64,000 nt of DNA. Origin: Alphaproteobacteria bacterium. GTDB taxonomy: Bacteria > Pseudomonadota > Alphaproteobacteria > Bin95. How positions within the stretch are numbered: position 1 is the first letter of the stretch; the number at the start of each line of letters is the position of its first letter. The notes under the pieces were generated by a model. The model was not told where the DNA came from and made no database searches. It saw nothing but the letters and a program-made list of their open reading frames with translations. The stretch lies in the NCBI GenBank assembly GCA_965205265.1, contig CBDBGH010000003.1:3360001-3424000 (forward strand), read 5' to 3'. The position numbers and the translations under genes were made by a program. Below are positions 22,879 to 32,699 of this stretch, piece by piece.

Positions 22879-23777
22879 CGCCGGAAACCGCCAGGCTGCT
22901 GGAGGACTGGCGCGGCTGGCTCGCGCATGAGCGCGGCTTCTCCAGGCACACCGTCTCCGGCTACCGGCGGGACACGGCCGATTTCCTCGCATTTCTCGAA
23001 GGCTATACCAGCGAGCCGGTCTCGCCTGCGGACCTGACGAAGATCGAGCCGCGCGATATCCGCGCCTGGCTTGCCGCGCGCGCGCGCGGCGGAATGGGAG
23101 CTTCCTCGCGCGCCCGCGGCCTCTCGGCGCTGCGCAGCTGGCTGCGCTGGCTGGCGCGCCGGGGCGTGGGCGACGCGGCGGCGCTCACCGGCATCCGCAC
23201 GCCGAAATTGCCGCGCCCGGTGCCCAAGGCGCTCGCGCGCGACGAGACCGACCGCCTGCTCGCCGCGCCCGGCGAGGACTGGCAGGACCGCCGCGACCTG
23301 GCGCTGTTCTCCCTGCTTTACGGCGCGGGGCTCAGGATCGGCGAGGCGCTCGCGCTCGACGGGCGCGCCTTCGAGGCCGGGGACGCGCTCAGGGTCATCG
23401 GCAAGGGGCGGAAGGAGCGGGTCGTGCCGCTGCTGCCGGCGGTGCGCGAGGCGGCGGCCGCATACCGCAGGACCTGCCCGTTTCCGCTGCTGCCGGACGG
23501 GCCGTTCTTCCTCGGCGCGCGCGGCGGGCGCCTGCAGGCCGGTGTCGCCCAGCTCCGGCTCCGGCGCCTGCGCGCCCGGCTGGACCTGCCCGAAACGGCG
23601 ACGCCGCATGCGCTCCGCCACAGCTTCGCGACGCATCTGCTGGGCGCCGGCGCGGACCTCAGGACCATCCAGGAATTGCTGGGGCACGCCTCGCTCGCCA
23701 CGACGCAGCGCTACACCGCCGTGGATGTCGCCCATCTGGAGAAGGTGTTCCGCGCCGCCCATCCGAGAGCGAGATGA
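22875..23777 (+). CDS. xerC: Tyrosine recombinase XerC
   Basis: LYGAGLRIGE, GKGRKER, TPHALRHSFATHLL, LLGHASLATTQRY; DUF484-xerC synteny. Confidence 0.92.
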   Translation: MTPETARLLEDWRGWLAHERGFSRHTVSGYRRDTADFLAFLEGYTSEPVSPADLTKIEPRDIRAWLAARARGGMGASSRARGLSALRSWLRWLARRGVGDAAALTGIRTPKLPRPVPKALARDETDRLLAAPGEDWQDRRDLALFSLLYGAGLRIGEALALDGRAFEAGDALRVIGKGRKERVVPLLPAVREAAAAYRRTCPFPLLPDGPFFLGARGGRLQAGVAQLRLRRLRARLDLPETATPHALRHSFATHLLGAGADLRTIQELLGHASLATTQRYTAVDVAHLEKVFRAAHPRAR

Positions 23778-23839
23778 ACATTGGCAATCCGTCTCTTCTG
23801 TTATAGTCCCGCGATTCGCCGCTGCCGGAGCGCCATGCC

Positions 23840-24607
23840 GTGACGATGCCCCTGGTCGGAATTTCGGCCTGCACCAAGACCTTCCACAATTTCCCGGTGC
23901 ATTCGGTCCATTCCCGGTTCGCCGAGGTGGTGGTGGAGGTGGTGGGCGCCGCGCCGCTGCTCATCCCGCCGGTTGGCGAGCATATCGACATTCCGGACCT
24001 CGTGTCGCGGTTCGACGGCATCATCACCACCGGCAGCCCCTCCAATGTCCAGCCGCATCTCTACGGCCAGGACATCGATCCCGAGAACACGAATTTCGAT
24101 CCCGGCCGCGACGCCACCACGCTGCCCATGCTGCGCGAGGCGGCGCTTCAGGGCGTGCCTGTGCTCGCCATCTGCCGGGGCATCCAGGAGTTGAACGTCG
24201 CCTTCGGCGGCACGCTCCACCAGTTCGTCCACAAGGTGCCGGGCTGCCAGGACCACCGCTCGGTGAAGACCCGCCCGATGGGCAGCCGCGCCGCGCTCCG
24301 CCATGCCGTGACGCTCGCGGAAGGCGGGCTTCTGCGCCGCATTGCCGGGGGGCGCAGCTTCGAGATGGTGAACTCGCTCCATGCCGAGGGGCTGGACCGG
24401 GTTGCCGACGGGTTCATGGTCGAGGCGCGTGCGCCCGACGGCGTGGTCGAGGCGATCTCGCGGCCGGCCGGCGCCTTCTGCCTCGGCGTCCAGTGGCACC
24501 CCGAAACGCTCTACCAGACCAACGCTTTCGCACGCGCCATCTTCGCCGCCTTCGGCGATGCGGTGAAAGCCCGCACGATGGGCGCCGGCGCCGTCCGCGC
24601 GGCATGA
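23840..24607 (+). CDS. Peptidase C26 / gamma-glutamyl-gamma-aminobutyrate hydrolase (PuuD-like)
   Basis: GSPSNV, AICRGIQELNVAFGG, VNSLH, GVQWHPE. Confidence 0.9.
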   Translation: MTMPLVGISACTKTFHNFPVHSVHSRFAEVVVEVVGAAPLLIPPVGEHIDIPDLVSRFDGIITTGSPSNVQPHLYGQDIDPENTNFDPGRDATTLPMLREAALQGVPVLAICRGIQELNVAFGGTLHQFVHKVPGCQDHRSVKTRPMGSRAALRHAVTLAEGGLLRRIAGGRSFEMVNSLHAEGLDRVADGFMVEARAPDGVVEAISRPAGAFCLGVQWHPETLYQTNAFARAIFAAFGDAVKARTMGAGAVRAA

Positions 24608-25539
24608 CGGCGGGGGCCGCCCGGCCGCCATCGCTCCCCGAACCGTTTGCCGACAGGCTGGTCGTCGGCGCCGATGACGGCCTGGAGCTCAGCCTCTACC
24701 GCCTGCGCAAGGCAAAGGAGGGCGCGCCCGCCCTGCTCTGGGGCCACGCAAACGGCTTCCCGGCGGGCGGCTACGCGCCGCTGCTCCGCCTGCTGGCCCG
24801 CGACTTCCGCGTTTACGCCTATGACGCGCGCGGTCATGGCGGATCCGGCCTGCCGGACGGCGAGCCGGATTTCGACCGTTACGCCGCCGATCTCGGTCTG
24901 GTCTGCCATGCCGCAAAGGCGGATGCGGGCGGCGCGCCGCTTTTCTACGCCTCGCACAGCTTCTGCGGCGTGGCGGGCCTGAGGCTCGCCGGCGTGTTCG
25001 GGCGCGAGCCCTGGGAAGCGTTTACCGCGTTCGAGCCGCCGATATCCCCGCCCCTCGACCATCCGGCCCGGGACTTTTCGGTGGCGGCGTCGCGCGAACT
25101 GTCCGGCATGGCGCGCCGCCGGAGGCCGCGCTGGGCCGATCCGGAAACCTTCCGGCTGGCGCTTGCCGAACGGGACGCCTATCGACGCTTCGACGCGGAA
25201 GCGCTCGCCGGCCACTGCCGGGGATCCCTGCATCCGACGGATGCGGGCGACTGGCAGCTTGCCTGTCCCGGACCGCTCGAGGCACACAATTACGAGGCGG
25301 CGCTCGACCCCTCGACCTATGAGGGGCTCGCCCGCATCGCCCGGCCGGTCACCTTCGTAGCCTCCGTCGACGGCGGCCCATCCGGCAATCCGAGCTGGGC
25401 GGCGACCGTGCAGGCCGATTGCGCCGAACGGGTGCCGAACGGCCGACTTGCGACGTTTCCGCGCGCCGGCCATCTGGTGCCGTTCGAGGACCCGCCGCGT
25501 TGTGCTGCGGAGGTAAGCCGTATGCTCGCTGGGGACTGA
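24604..25539 (+). CDS. Alpha/beta hydrolase fold protein
   Basis: HANGF, YDARGHG, SHSFCG, GHLVPFEDP; ATGA overlap. Confidence 0.85.
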   Translation: MTAGAARPPSLPEPFADRLVVGADDGLELSLYRLRKAKEGAPALLWGHANGFPAGGYAPLLRLLARDFRVYAYDARGHGGSGLPDGEPDFDRYAADLGLVCHAAKADAGGAPLFYASHSFCGVAGLRLAGVFGREPWEAFTAFEPPISPPLDHPARDFSVAASRELSGMARRRRPRWADPETFRLALAERDAYRRFDAEALAGHCRGSLHPTDAGDWQLACPGPLEAHNYEAALDPSTYEGLARIARPVTFVASVDGGPSGNPSWAATVQADCAERVPNGRLATFPRAGHLVPFEDPPRCAAEVSRMLAGD

Positions 25540-25602
25540 ATTTTTTCAGAAAATTTCTACTTCCGGACTTGTCAAGCGCGACATTCCGTCCTATCTTCTG
25601 AC

Positions 25603-25710
25603 GAAAGGCTGCACGCGGCTTTCTCGCCGCCTTGGGACTCCCCCTCTCGTCCCGCAGTCTTCGACGCCCTGAAGCGCCCGGTCTCCCCCCGACCGGGCGC
25701 TTCTCCTTTT
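25603..25710 (+). ncRNA. Candidate small RNA with C-rich (anti-SD) loops and intrinsic terminator
   Basis: TTGTCA-17bp-TATCTT at 25569-25597; hairpin GGGAC-tccccctctc-GTCCC; 13-bp stem GAAGCGCCCGGTC/GACCGGGCGCTTC followed by TCCTTTT. Confidence 0.55.
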
Positions 25711-25741
25711 CGCGGGGCAGGCGGAGCGGTAGGGTGGCAGC

Positions 25742-26392
25742 ATGAGCGAAATTCTGGTCGTCAATCCCAACAGCACCGGAGCCGTGACGGCGGCCATCGA
25801 CCGGGCGGTGGAGCCCTTCCGCACCGCCGGCGGGCCGGAAATCCGGGCCGTTACCAACCGTGCCGGCCCGCCCGGCATCCAGAGCCAGGGCGACGCCGAC
25901 GGAGTCGTGCCGCATTTGCGCGCGATGGCGGCCGACAGCAATGCGGACGCGCTCGTGCTCGCCTGCTTTTCGGACCCCGGCCTGCATGTGCTGCGGGAGG
26001 ACACGGGCAAGCCGGTGATCGGCATCGCCGAGGCAGGCCTGCTGACGGCGCTGACGCTTGGCGAGCGGGTGGGCGTGCTTGCCATCCTCGCGCGCTCCGT
26101 GCCGCGCCATCTGCGCTATGTCCGCCAGATGGGCCTCGATGCGCGCTTCGCCGGAGACCGGCCCGTGGACCTCGAAGTGGTCGAGCTCGCGAACCCGGTG
26201 CGCACCCGCGCCCGCCTGCTGGAGACCGGCCGCGAGCTGCGCGACCGCGACGGCGCCGATGTGCTGGTGCTGGGATGCGCCGGCATGGCGGACCAGCGCC
26301 CGGCGCTCGCCCAGGCGCTCGGCATGCCGGTTGTGGAGCCCGTCCAGGCCGCCATCGGCATGGCCGCCGCCTCCGTCATGCGGGGGTGGTGA
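25742..26392 (+). CDS. Asp/Glu/hydantoin racemase family protein
   Basis: ILVVNPNST, ACFSDPGL, VIGIAEA, VLGCAGM. Confidence 0.9.
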   Translation: MSEILVVNPNSTGAVTAAIDRAVEPFRTAGGPEIRAVTNRAGPPGIQSQGDADGVVPHLRAMAADSNADALVLACFSDPGLHVLREDTGKPVIGIAEAGLLTALTLGERVGVLAILARSVPRHLRYVRQMGLDARFAGDRPVDLEVVELANPVRTRARLLETGRELRDRDGADVLVLGCAGMADQRPALAQALGMPVVEPVQAAIGMAAASVMRGW

Positions 26393-26489
26393 GAGAGCGT
26401 CTTTCGCCTTATCTAGATTGAGGCCCGGTGGTTTTGCGCGGGCCGCTTGCCAAACCGGACCGGACGGGGTATCCCGCCGGCTTTGGCGA

Positions 26490-26564
26490 GACCCCATCGT
26501 CTAGAGGTTAGGACACCACCCTTTCAAGGTGGAGACACGGGTTCGATCCCCGTTGGGGTCACCA
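26490..26564 (+). tRNA. tRNA-Glu (TTC)
   Basis: GACCCCA/TGGGGTC acceptor stem, CCACC-CTTTCAA-GGTGG anticodon arm, GGTTCGATCCC T-arm, encoded CCA. Confidence 0.97.
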
Positions 26565-27038
26565 CCATGCAGATTGTTGTTTTTGCGCGGCGTTTCGCAG
26601 GGTTGGGGGGCACTTTGTCCAACCGTCGAGGCCGCGCCGACCGCGCGCCCTGAACCCCTTTGCGCCCCGGCACGGGGGTGTTGGCCGCAGTCGCCGCGCG
26701 GTAGCTCACCGTCACCGGCAAGGTCGCTGTCGGTGCCTCCTCGCGACCGGCTGCGAATTGCGCGGATTCCCGCGAGTTTCCCCCTTGAATGCTACGGCCC
26801 GGAGCACCGCATGGGCACCAGGCCGACGAATGCAGGAAAATCGCGGAAAGCGGGACCGTCGCAAACCAATGCCGTCCGACGCGAACCGGCAGATCGTGGG
26901 TGGGGGTGTTGCAGGTATTCGCGCGCATTTGCGGTTATGAGGACCCCGACAATTGCGGTGGCCTGCCAGGGATTCGGACTGTGTATTCCATTACTTGACG
27001 TTCCATTCCAGCAAACTCGCCAGGGTGGACTTCTCGAT

Positions 27039-27826
27039 CTATGGGTGCGATGAGCCGAGTTGCTCCGTGACGGCGCTTACGGTTTCTACAAACCACTCCT
27101 CGGCGAACGGCGAAACAACGACCTTGTGGATCAACGTCCTAATGTCGATCGGCCAATATATACCAGGGCCATCGACAACGTCCGCAGATATGTCGGTTTC
27201 GTTGGAATTTTCCTGTTTCTTCCAGTCGAACCACTTGGCGATACAAACTTCTCTTTCATGATCGAATGACTTCCGTTTTTGGAAGAGCAACATACCGCCG
27301 AATAGCCTCATGTCATCTTTTTCGTAGTCGGAACAACGGACTCGTCCGAAAAGAATGTTCCGGCAATTCTTGGAGCCATACAGTTGAAAGCTGCCGATCA
27401 GAGAGCCAAAACCGGTTTTGATCGCGATGCCCGCGCCGCCCGGTGCATAACGAGCCCACATCGCCTCGGATTCGCATCGCAGTTGGTACCAACATCTGAC
27501 AACAACTCGCTTACGATCCTGGCGCAAGAACTCGGATAGTCTGCCAAGCATGCGATCAGGAGTGCCCGTGCTGGCAGCCCAATCGCCAATGCGATCTTTG
27601 CAGGGCCGTGACAATGACCCTTCGAACCGATCGCCCAAATTGTCCGCGCGGGGAAGAACAGGGCTTTCCTGTGAAGCAGCGAAGTGAATTTTCTGAAGTC
27701 CATATATCGCCACAGTGTATCCCCGGAGGCAGGCGGCTCCGGTTTCCCGTCCACAGCGCCTTCGGGGTCTGGAATCTTAGCGGCAAGAAATGCGAAACCG
27801 CAACATCGTCGGCGCTCGCAGTCCAC
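27039..27826 (-). pseudogene. Frameshifted DUF2971-like protein (5' end approximate)
   Basis: LWRYMDFRKFTSLLHRKALFF in one frame; RADNLGDRFEGS...ESEAMWARY...KRKSFDHEREV in another; shift near 27650. Confidence 0.7.
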
Positions 27827-28397
27827 ACACTGCCGACGATGTTCGCATCACTCTTTGAGACCCGACTTCCCGCGTTCGTAATCGTCCAGCGTGCCCGTTT
27901 CTACCGACGCGATCTTGCACACGCCCGGGAAGTCCACCCTCATATACATCCACGTCGGTCCGCCAGAAGACGCCTTCCGCACACCGGCGGACTCGGCGAG
28001 GACGGCCTCGGCGAATACGCATCCTCCAGATGACTTCTGGCAGCCCTCGTCATCCGGCGCCACCATCGTTACGAATCTCGGGCTCAACGTCGATCCGCAA
28101 TTCACCCACGTTCGGACGCACCCACTCGCGCCTGCGCCCCGTCACAAGGAGCTCATCGCCAGGCGCCTCGTGCCCGGAGAACCATTCGTTCAACGGATGA
28201 CGAAGGAGATCAAGCGAAGGCGGGCGCGACGCTGAAGAACATGGGTTTGCCATCGAGCCCCTCATCGTCGCCCCCTTTGAGCGAACGAAGACGATGACCT
28301 TTAGGTCGAGAACCGTATGCGGTGCGAGCGCCCCACCTTCATACAGGCCTGGTGATGTGGGAGTTAGGGTTCGGAATGAGACGAAGGGAATTTCTCA

Positions 28398-28796
28398 TTG
28401 GAGCCCTCAGCAGAGCTTCTCACCAACGCCAGGGTTGAAGTGTTGCCGGCGCGTGGCGGCTTTCGCCGTCGCTGGCCGGCTTCGGTGAAAGCGCGGATTG
28501 TTGCCGAGACACTGGAGGAAGGCGCGACGGTCGCCGGGGTAGCGCGTCGCTACGAGATCAACTCGAACCAGCTGTCGGAATGGCGCCGCCAGGCACGGAA
28601 GGGCCTTCTGGTGTTGCCTGCGGAGGGCGAGATGGGTTTTGCTCCGGTGGTCTTGCGTCAGGATGAGCGCCGGGTTCCCGCTGCGGGCAGCGACCGCCTG
28701 GAAGTGATCCAGGACCGGGTGACGCTCCGTCTGGACGCCGCGACACCGGCTTGCCGGATCGCCGAGATCGTGTCGGCGTTGAACGCATCGGTATGA
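28398..28796 (+). CDS. tnpA: IS66 TnpA accessory protein
   Basis: RRRWPASVKARIVAET...VARRYEINSNQLSEWRRQ HTH. Confidence 0.88.
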   Translation: MEPSAELLTNARVEVLPARGGFRRRWPASVKARIVAETLEEGATVAGVARRYEINSNQLSEWRRQARKGLLVLPAEGEMGFAPVVLRQDERRVPAAGSDRLEVIQDRVTLRLDAATPACRIAEIVSALNASV

Positions 28797-29146
28797 TCTT
28801 CCCATCGAACCGGGTCCGGATCGTGGTTGCGACGAAGCCCGTGGACTTCAGGAAGCAGCACGACGGCCTTGTTGCGCATGTGAAGAGCGTATTGCGCAAG
28901 GACCCGTTCACGGGAACGGTCTTCGCGTTCCGTACGAAACGAGCTGACAGGCTGAAGCTGATCTACTGGGACGGGACCGGCCTGGTGATGGTCTACAAGC
29001 GTCTGGAGGACCAGGGCTTTGTCTGGCCGGCGATCCGCGACGGGGTGATGTCGCTGAGCCATGCGCAGTTCGAGGCGCTGTTCTCCGGGCTGGACTGGCA
29101 CCGTGTGCGAGCGCTGTCGGCACGGCGCCCGGCTGAGGCCGAATGA
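28793..29146 (+). CDS. tnpB: IS66 TnpB accessory protein (not an IS605 TnpB)
   Basis: KPVDFRKQHDGL, DRLKLIYWDGTGL..YKRLE. Confidence 0.92.
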   Translation: MIFPSNRVRIVVATKPVDFRKQHDGLVAHVKSVLRKDPFTGTVFAFRTKRADRLKLIYWDGTGLVMVYKRLEDQGFVWPAIRDGVMSLSHAQFEALFSGLDWHRVRALSARRPAEAE

Positions 29147-29201
29147 CTCACTGGGCGGATCGGGGCGTGCCGCGTCCCGACACTGTGCTACCAGACTGGC
29201 C

Positions 29202-30845
29202 ATGCCGGCCCTTGCGGAGATCGACCTCGGAACGCTGACGCCCGAACAGCGGGAAGCGGCGGTGCAGGCAATCGCGGCGCTGGAGGTGCTTCGCGCCGAG
29301 AACGAGACGCTGGCGGAAGAGAAGGCCTGTCTCGCGGGCGAGAACGAAGTTCTGACGGACCGCAACGGGGCTCAGGCGGAGCGCATCCGCCGTCTCGAAC
29401 ATCTGAACCTCGAACTGATCCGCCTTCTGTATGGCAAGAGGTCGGAGAAGCTGTCGGCGGACGAGCGCCAGCTGGCGTTCGAGGACCTTGAGGGCGCGGC
29501 GGCGGAGATCGAAGCAGCGGCCGCGCCGGAAGATCCGACGCCGGCCCAATCGCCGAAGCGTCCTCGCCCGGCGCGCAATATCGGCCACTTGCCGGAGCAT
29601 CTGGAGCGGATCGAGCAGGTGGTCGAGCCGGAGAGCACGCTCTGCCCCTGCGGCTGCGGGGAGATGGTGAAGATTGGCGAGGATCGCACGGAGCGCCTGG
29701 ACATCGTGCCGGCGCAGCTTCGGGTGATCGTCACGGTGCGGCCGAAATACGCCTGCCGGGCCTGCGAACAGGGCGTCACCCAGGCGCCGGCGCCGGCCCG
29801 GCTGATCGAGGGCGGGTTGCCGACCGAAGGCGCGATCGCCCATGTGCTCGTCTCCAAATACCTGGACCATTGCCCGTTGCACCGGCAGGCGCAGGTCTAT
29901 GCCCGTTCCGGCCTCGATCTGGACCGCTCGACGCTGGCCGGCTGGGTCGGCAGGGCGTCATTCCATCTGAAACCGGTGGCCGACCGGCTGGCGGAGCATC
30001 TCAAGCGCTCTTCGAAGCTGTTCATGGACGAGACGCGGGCGCCGGTGCTCGATCCGGGCCGCGGCAGGACCAAGACCGGCTGGCTGTGGGCGCTGGCCCG
30101 CGACGACCGTGCCTGGAGCGGACCCGACCCGCCGGGCGTTGTGTACTTCTATGCGCCCGGGCGCGGCGGTGAATATGCCGAGCGCTTCCTCGACGGCTTC
30201 GATGGTATCCTCCAGGTGGATGGCTATGCCGGCTACAACCGGCTGACTGGACCGAGCCGCAAGGGCGGCGCGCCGATACGGCTGGCTTACTGCTGGTCCC
30301 ACGCGAGGCGCCGGCTCCGCGAGATCTACGACAGCAGCGGCTCCGAGATCGCGGCAGAGGGCCTGCGCCGGATCGCCGAGCTCTACGCCATCGAGGCCGA
30401 CATCCGCGGCAGCCCGCCCGAGCAACGTCTCGCAGAACGACACGCGCGCTCCGCGCCCCTGGTCGAGGCCTTCGGCGACTGGCTGAAGCAGCAGCGCGCC
30501 CGCATCTCGCCCAAGTCCCGCCTCGGCGAGAAGCTCGCCTATATCGCCCGTCACTGGGACGGCCTCCGGCTGTTCCTCGCCGACGGCCGCGTCGAGATGG
30601 ACAGCAATGCCGTCGAGAACCTCGCCCGGCCGATTGCCCTTACAAGGAAAAACGCGCTCTTCGCGGGTCACGACGAAGGCGCAGTCGCCTGGGGCCGGAT
30701 CGCTTCACTCACCCAGACCGCCAGGTTGAACGGGGTCGAGCCCTACGCCTGGCTCAAGGCCACCCTCGAAGCCATCGCGGTCGGCCATCCCAACGACCGC
30801 ATCGACGACCTGCTCCCGTGGAACTTCAAGCCGTCGTCAAGCTGA
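29202..30845 (+). CDS. tnpC: IS66 transposase TnpC
   Basis: Leucine zipper, CPCGCG, MDETR, QVDGYAGY, CWSHARR, DSNAVEN, DDLLPW. Confidence 0.95.
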   Translation: MPALAEIDLGTLTPEQREAAVQAIAALEVLRAENETLAEEKACLAGENEVLTDRNGAQAERIRRLEHLNLELIRLLYGKRSEKLSADERQLAFEDLEGAAAEIEAAAAPEDPTPAQSPKRPRPARNIGHLPEHLERIEQVVEPESTLCPCGCGEMVKIGEDRTERLDIVPAQLRVIVTVRPKYACRACEQGVTQAPAPARLIEGGLPTEGAIAHVLVSKYLDHCPLHRQAQVYARSGLDLDRSTLAGWVGRASFHLKPVADRLAEHLKRSSKLFMDETRAPVLDPGRGRTKTGWLWALARDDRAWSGPDPPGVVYFYAPGRGGEYAERFLDGFDGILQVDGYAGYNRLTGPSRKGGAPIRLAYCWSHARRRLREIYDSSGSEIAAEGLRRIAELYAIEADIRGSPPEQRLAERHARSAPLVEAFGDWLKQQRARISPKSRLGEKLAYIARHWDGLRLFLADGRVEMDSNAVENLARPIALTRKNALFAGHDEGAVAWGRIASLTQTARLNGVEPYAWLKATLEAIAVGHPNDRIDDLLPWNFKPSSS

Positions 30846-31128
30846 AATCCGGGTGACCCGCCCGCATCGCTTACGCTAGGGCGAGCGAGGCGCTGACCCT
30901 TCTCGACAACCGCGCCGAACCCGCATGAGCATGAGTGGGAGGGTCCGGCGGGAGGGGTCGGCAACGACCCGCCTGGCCCGTTAGGCAGCAAACCTGACGG
31001 GGATTCCGCGACTCATGACAGCTGAGGTGCGAATCAAATTGTTTGCCAATAGTTTGCCAGTCGGCAAATTCGCTTTGTCCAAAAACGACGAAGCCCCCGA
31101 AAACGTCCGTGCTTTCAGGGGCTTGATG

Positions 31129-31141
31129 TGGTTGCGGGGGC
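31129..31141 (-). other. Putative att core matching the 3' end of alphaproteobacterial tRNA-fMet
   Basis: TGGTTGCGGGGGC = rc of GCCCCCGCAACCA; preceded by an AAGCCCC..GGGGCTT inverted repeat. Confidence 0.5.
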
Positions 31142-31499
31142 ACGCTACAACCGAGACCGACATTTGATCGTAATCCCGGTGTGATTCGTCGCAACCTTTT
31201 GATCTACAAGCGATTTATGTAAGTTCGTGGCTCACGCCCGCTTGGAATCCTGCTCCTGACGCGATCAGCCCCAACGATTTTGCCTTGTAATCTCCGGTTC
31301 GCATGCATTCGCGGCGCTCTTTCGCTTCCACTGGTGGCAGTGCGCCAGACGCCCGATGGACAGCGGTCAACATTACGCCCCAACTGCTTGTCATGGCCCA
31401 ACGTGTCGATATATTCTATCTACATCGATATGTTGGAGTGAAATGTCGATGGTATCGACATGTTCGGAGCATGTGTCGACAGGGGACGGATAAATCGTC

Positions 31500-32585
31500 A
31501 TGGCGTTCGATCCCCATCGCCCCTTCAATGACCTTCCAGACCTTCCGCCGGCTTCGGACACCGAGACAAGGACCATTCTTCGAAGCTGCATAGCCGCGCG
31601 CGCGGCACTGGCGGAACTCCGCGTCTCCGGGACTCTCATCCCGAACCAGGCGATGCTGATCAACTCGATCCCCCTGCTCGAAGCGCAGGCGAGTTCCGAG
31701 ATCGAGAACATCGTGACGACGGCGGACCGGCTGTTCCGCCATGCCAACGACGCGACGGGCCGGGCCGACCCTGCCACCAGGGAAGCCTTGCGCTACCGCA
31801 CCGCTCTGCACCGCGGTTTCGAGATGCTGAACCAGCGGCCGGTTTCGACCGCCATCGCGGTCGAAGTGTGCCGAACGATCAAGGGCGTGCAGCTGGACAT
31901 TCGCAACACGCCGGGAACGGCGCTGGTGAACGATGCGACCCATCAGGTCATCTACACGCCGCCGGAGGGCGAGGACGTTCTCCGGAGCAAGCTGGCCAAC
32001 TGGGAACGCTACATTCACGAGGCCGGGGAGATCGACCCGCTGATCCGCCTTGCGGTCATGCATTATCAGTTCGAGGCGATCCACCCGTTCGTCGACGGAA
32101 ACGGCCGGACCGGACGCGTGCTGAACCTGCTCTATCTCGTCGACAAGGGCCTGCTCGACATTCCCGTCCTCTATCTCAGCCGGCACATCATCCGGAACAA
32201 GGCGCTGTACTACCGGTATCTGCTCAAGGTGACGACCCGACAGGACTGGGAGGCGTGGATACTGTTCATTCTGGAGGCCGTCAGAGCGACGGCGGAATGG
32301 ACCACGGCGAAAATCCGCGCGATCCGGGAGCTTCTCGACGAGACGGGCGCTGCAATTCGGCAGAAGATGCCGAAGATCTACTCCCGGGAGCTGACGGAAC
32401 TGATCTTCGTGCATCCCTACTGCCGGATCGGCGACATGGTCAAAGCGGACATCGCCAAGCGCCAGACGGCCGCCGTCTACCTGAAGGCTCTTGCGGCCGA
32501 AAGTCTCCTTGAGGAGATCAAGGCCGGGCGCGAAAACCTCTATATCAACCCGCCGCTCCTGGCGCTTCTGACCGAGCGCGAGTGA
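31500..32585 (+). CDS. fic: Class II Fic AMPylase with C-terminal HTH (SoFic-like)
   Basis: SSEIEN inhibitory motif, HPFVDGNGRTGR, AKRQTAAVYL; closely resembles Shewanella SoFic as recalled. Confidence 0.92.
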   Translation: MAFDPHRPFNDLPDLPPASDTETRTILRSCIAARAALAELRVSGTLIPNQAMLINSIPLLEAQASSEIENIVTTADRLFRHANDATGRADPATREALRYRTALHRGFEMLNQRPVSTAIAVEVCRTIKGVQLDIRNTPGTALVNDATHQVIYTPPEGEDVLRSKLANWERYIHEAGEIDPLIRLAVMHYQFEAIHPFVDGNGRTGRVLNLLYLVDKGLLDIPVLYLSRHIIRNKALYYRYLLKVTTRQDWEAWILFILEAVRATAEWTTAKIRAIRELLDETGAAIRQKMPKIYSRELTELIFVHPYCRIGDMVKADIAKRQTAAVYLKALAAESLLEEIKAGRENLYINPPLLALLTERE

Positions 32586-32699
32586 CCATGCGCAACCAGG
32601 CGGCATCTTGAGGGCACCTGCATACAAGCCGACAGGCGCCTGGGCACGCCGATCCGCCATTAGACCCCTGTAGAACCCATTGGACCCGTCCCATGGGTC

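Larger units (their letters stand above)
28315..30874 (+). mobile_element. IS66-family insertion sequence
   Basis: Ends GTATGCGGTGCGAGCG..CACC / rc GTAAGCGATGCGGGCG..CACC; tnpA-tnpB-tnpC order. Confidence 0.93.

Noticed and set aside
22875-23777. Tyrosine recombinase as the island integrase
   Set aside because: Sequence and DUF484 synteny indicate housekeeping XerC.
27802-27843. 12-bp inverted repeat (AAC...GTT) as an integron attC site
   Set aside because: Flanks do not fit RYYYAAC/GTTRRRY, it is single, and no integron integrase is present.
27848-28265. Short ORFs on both strands
   Set aside because: No recognisable family; probably fragments of a decayed gene.
28793-29146. TnpB as an RNA-guided nuclease
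   Set aside because: It is the small IS66 accessory TnpB, with no RuvC motifs.
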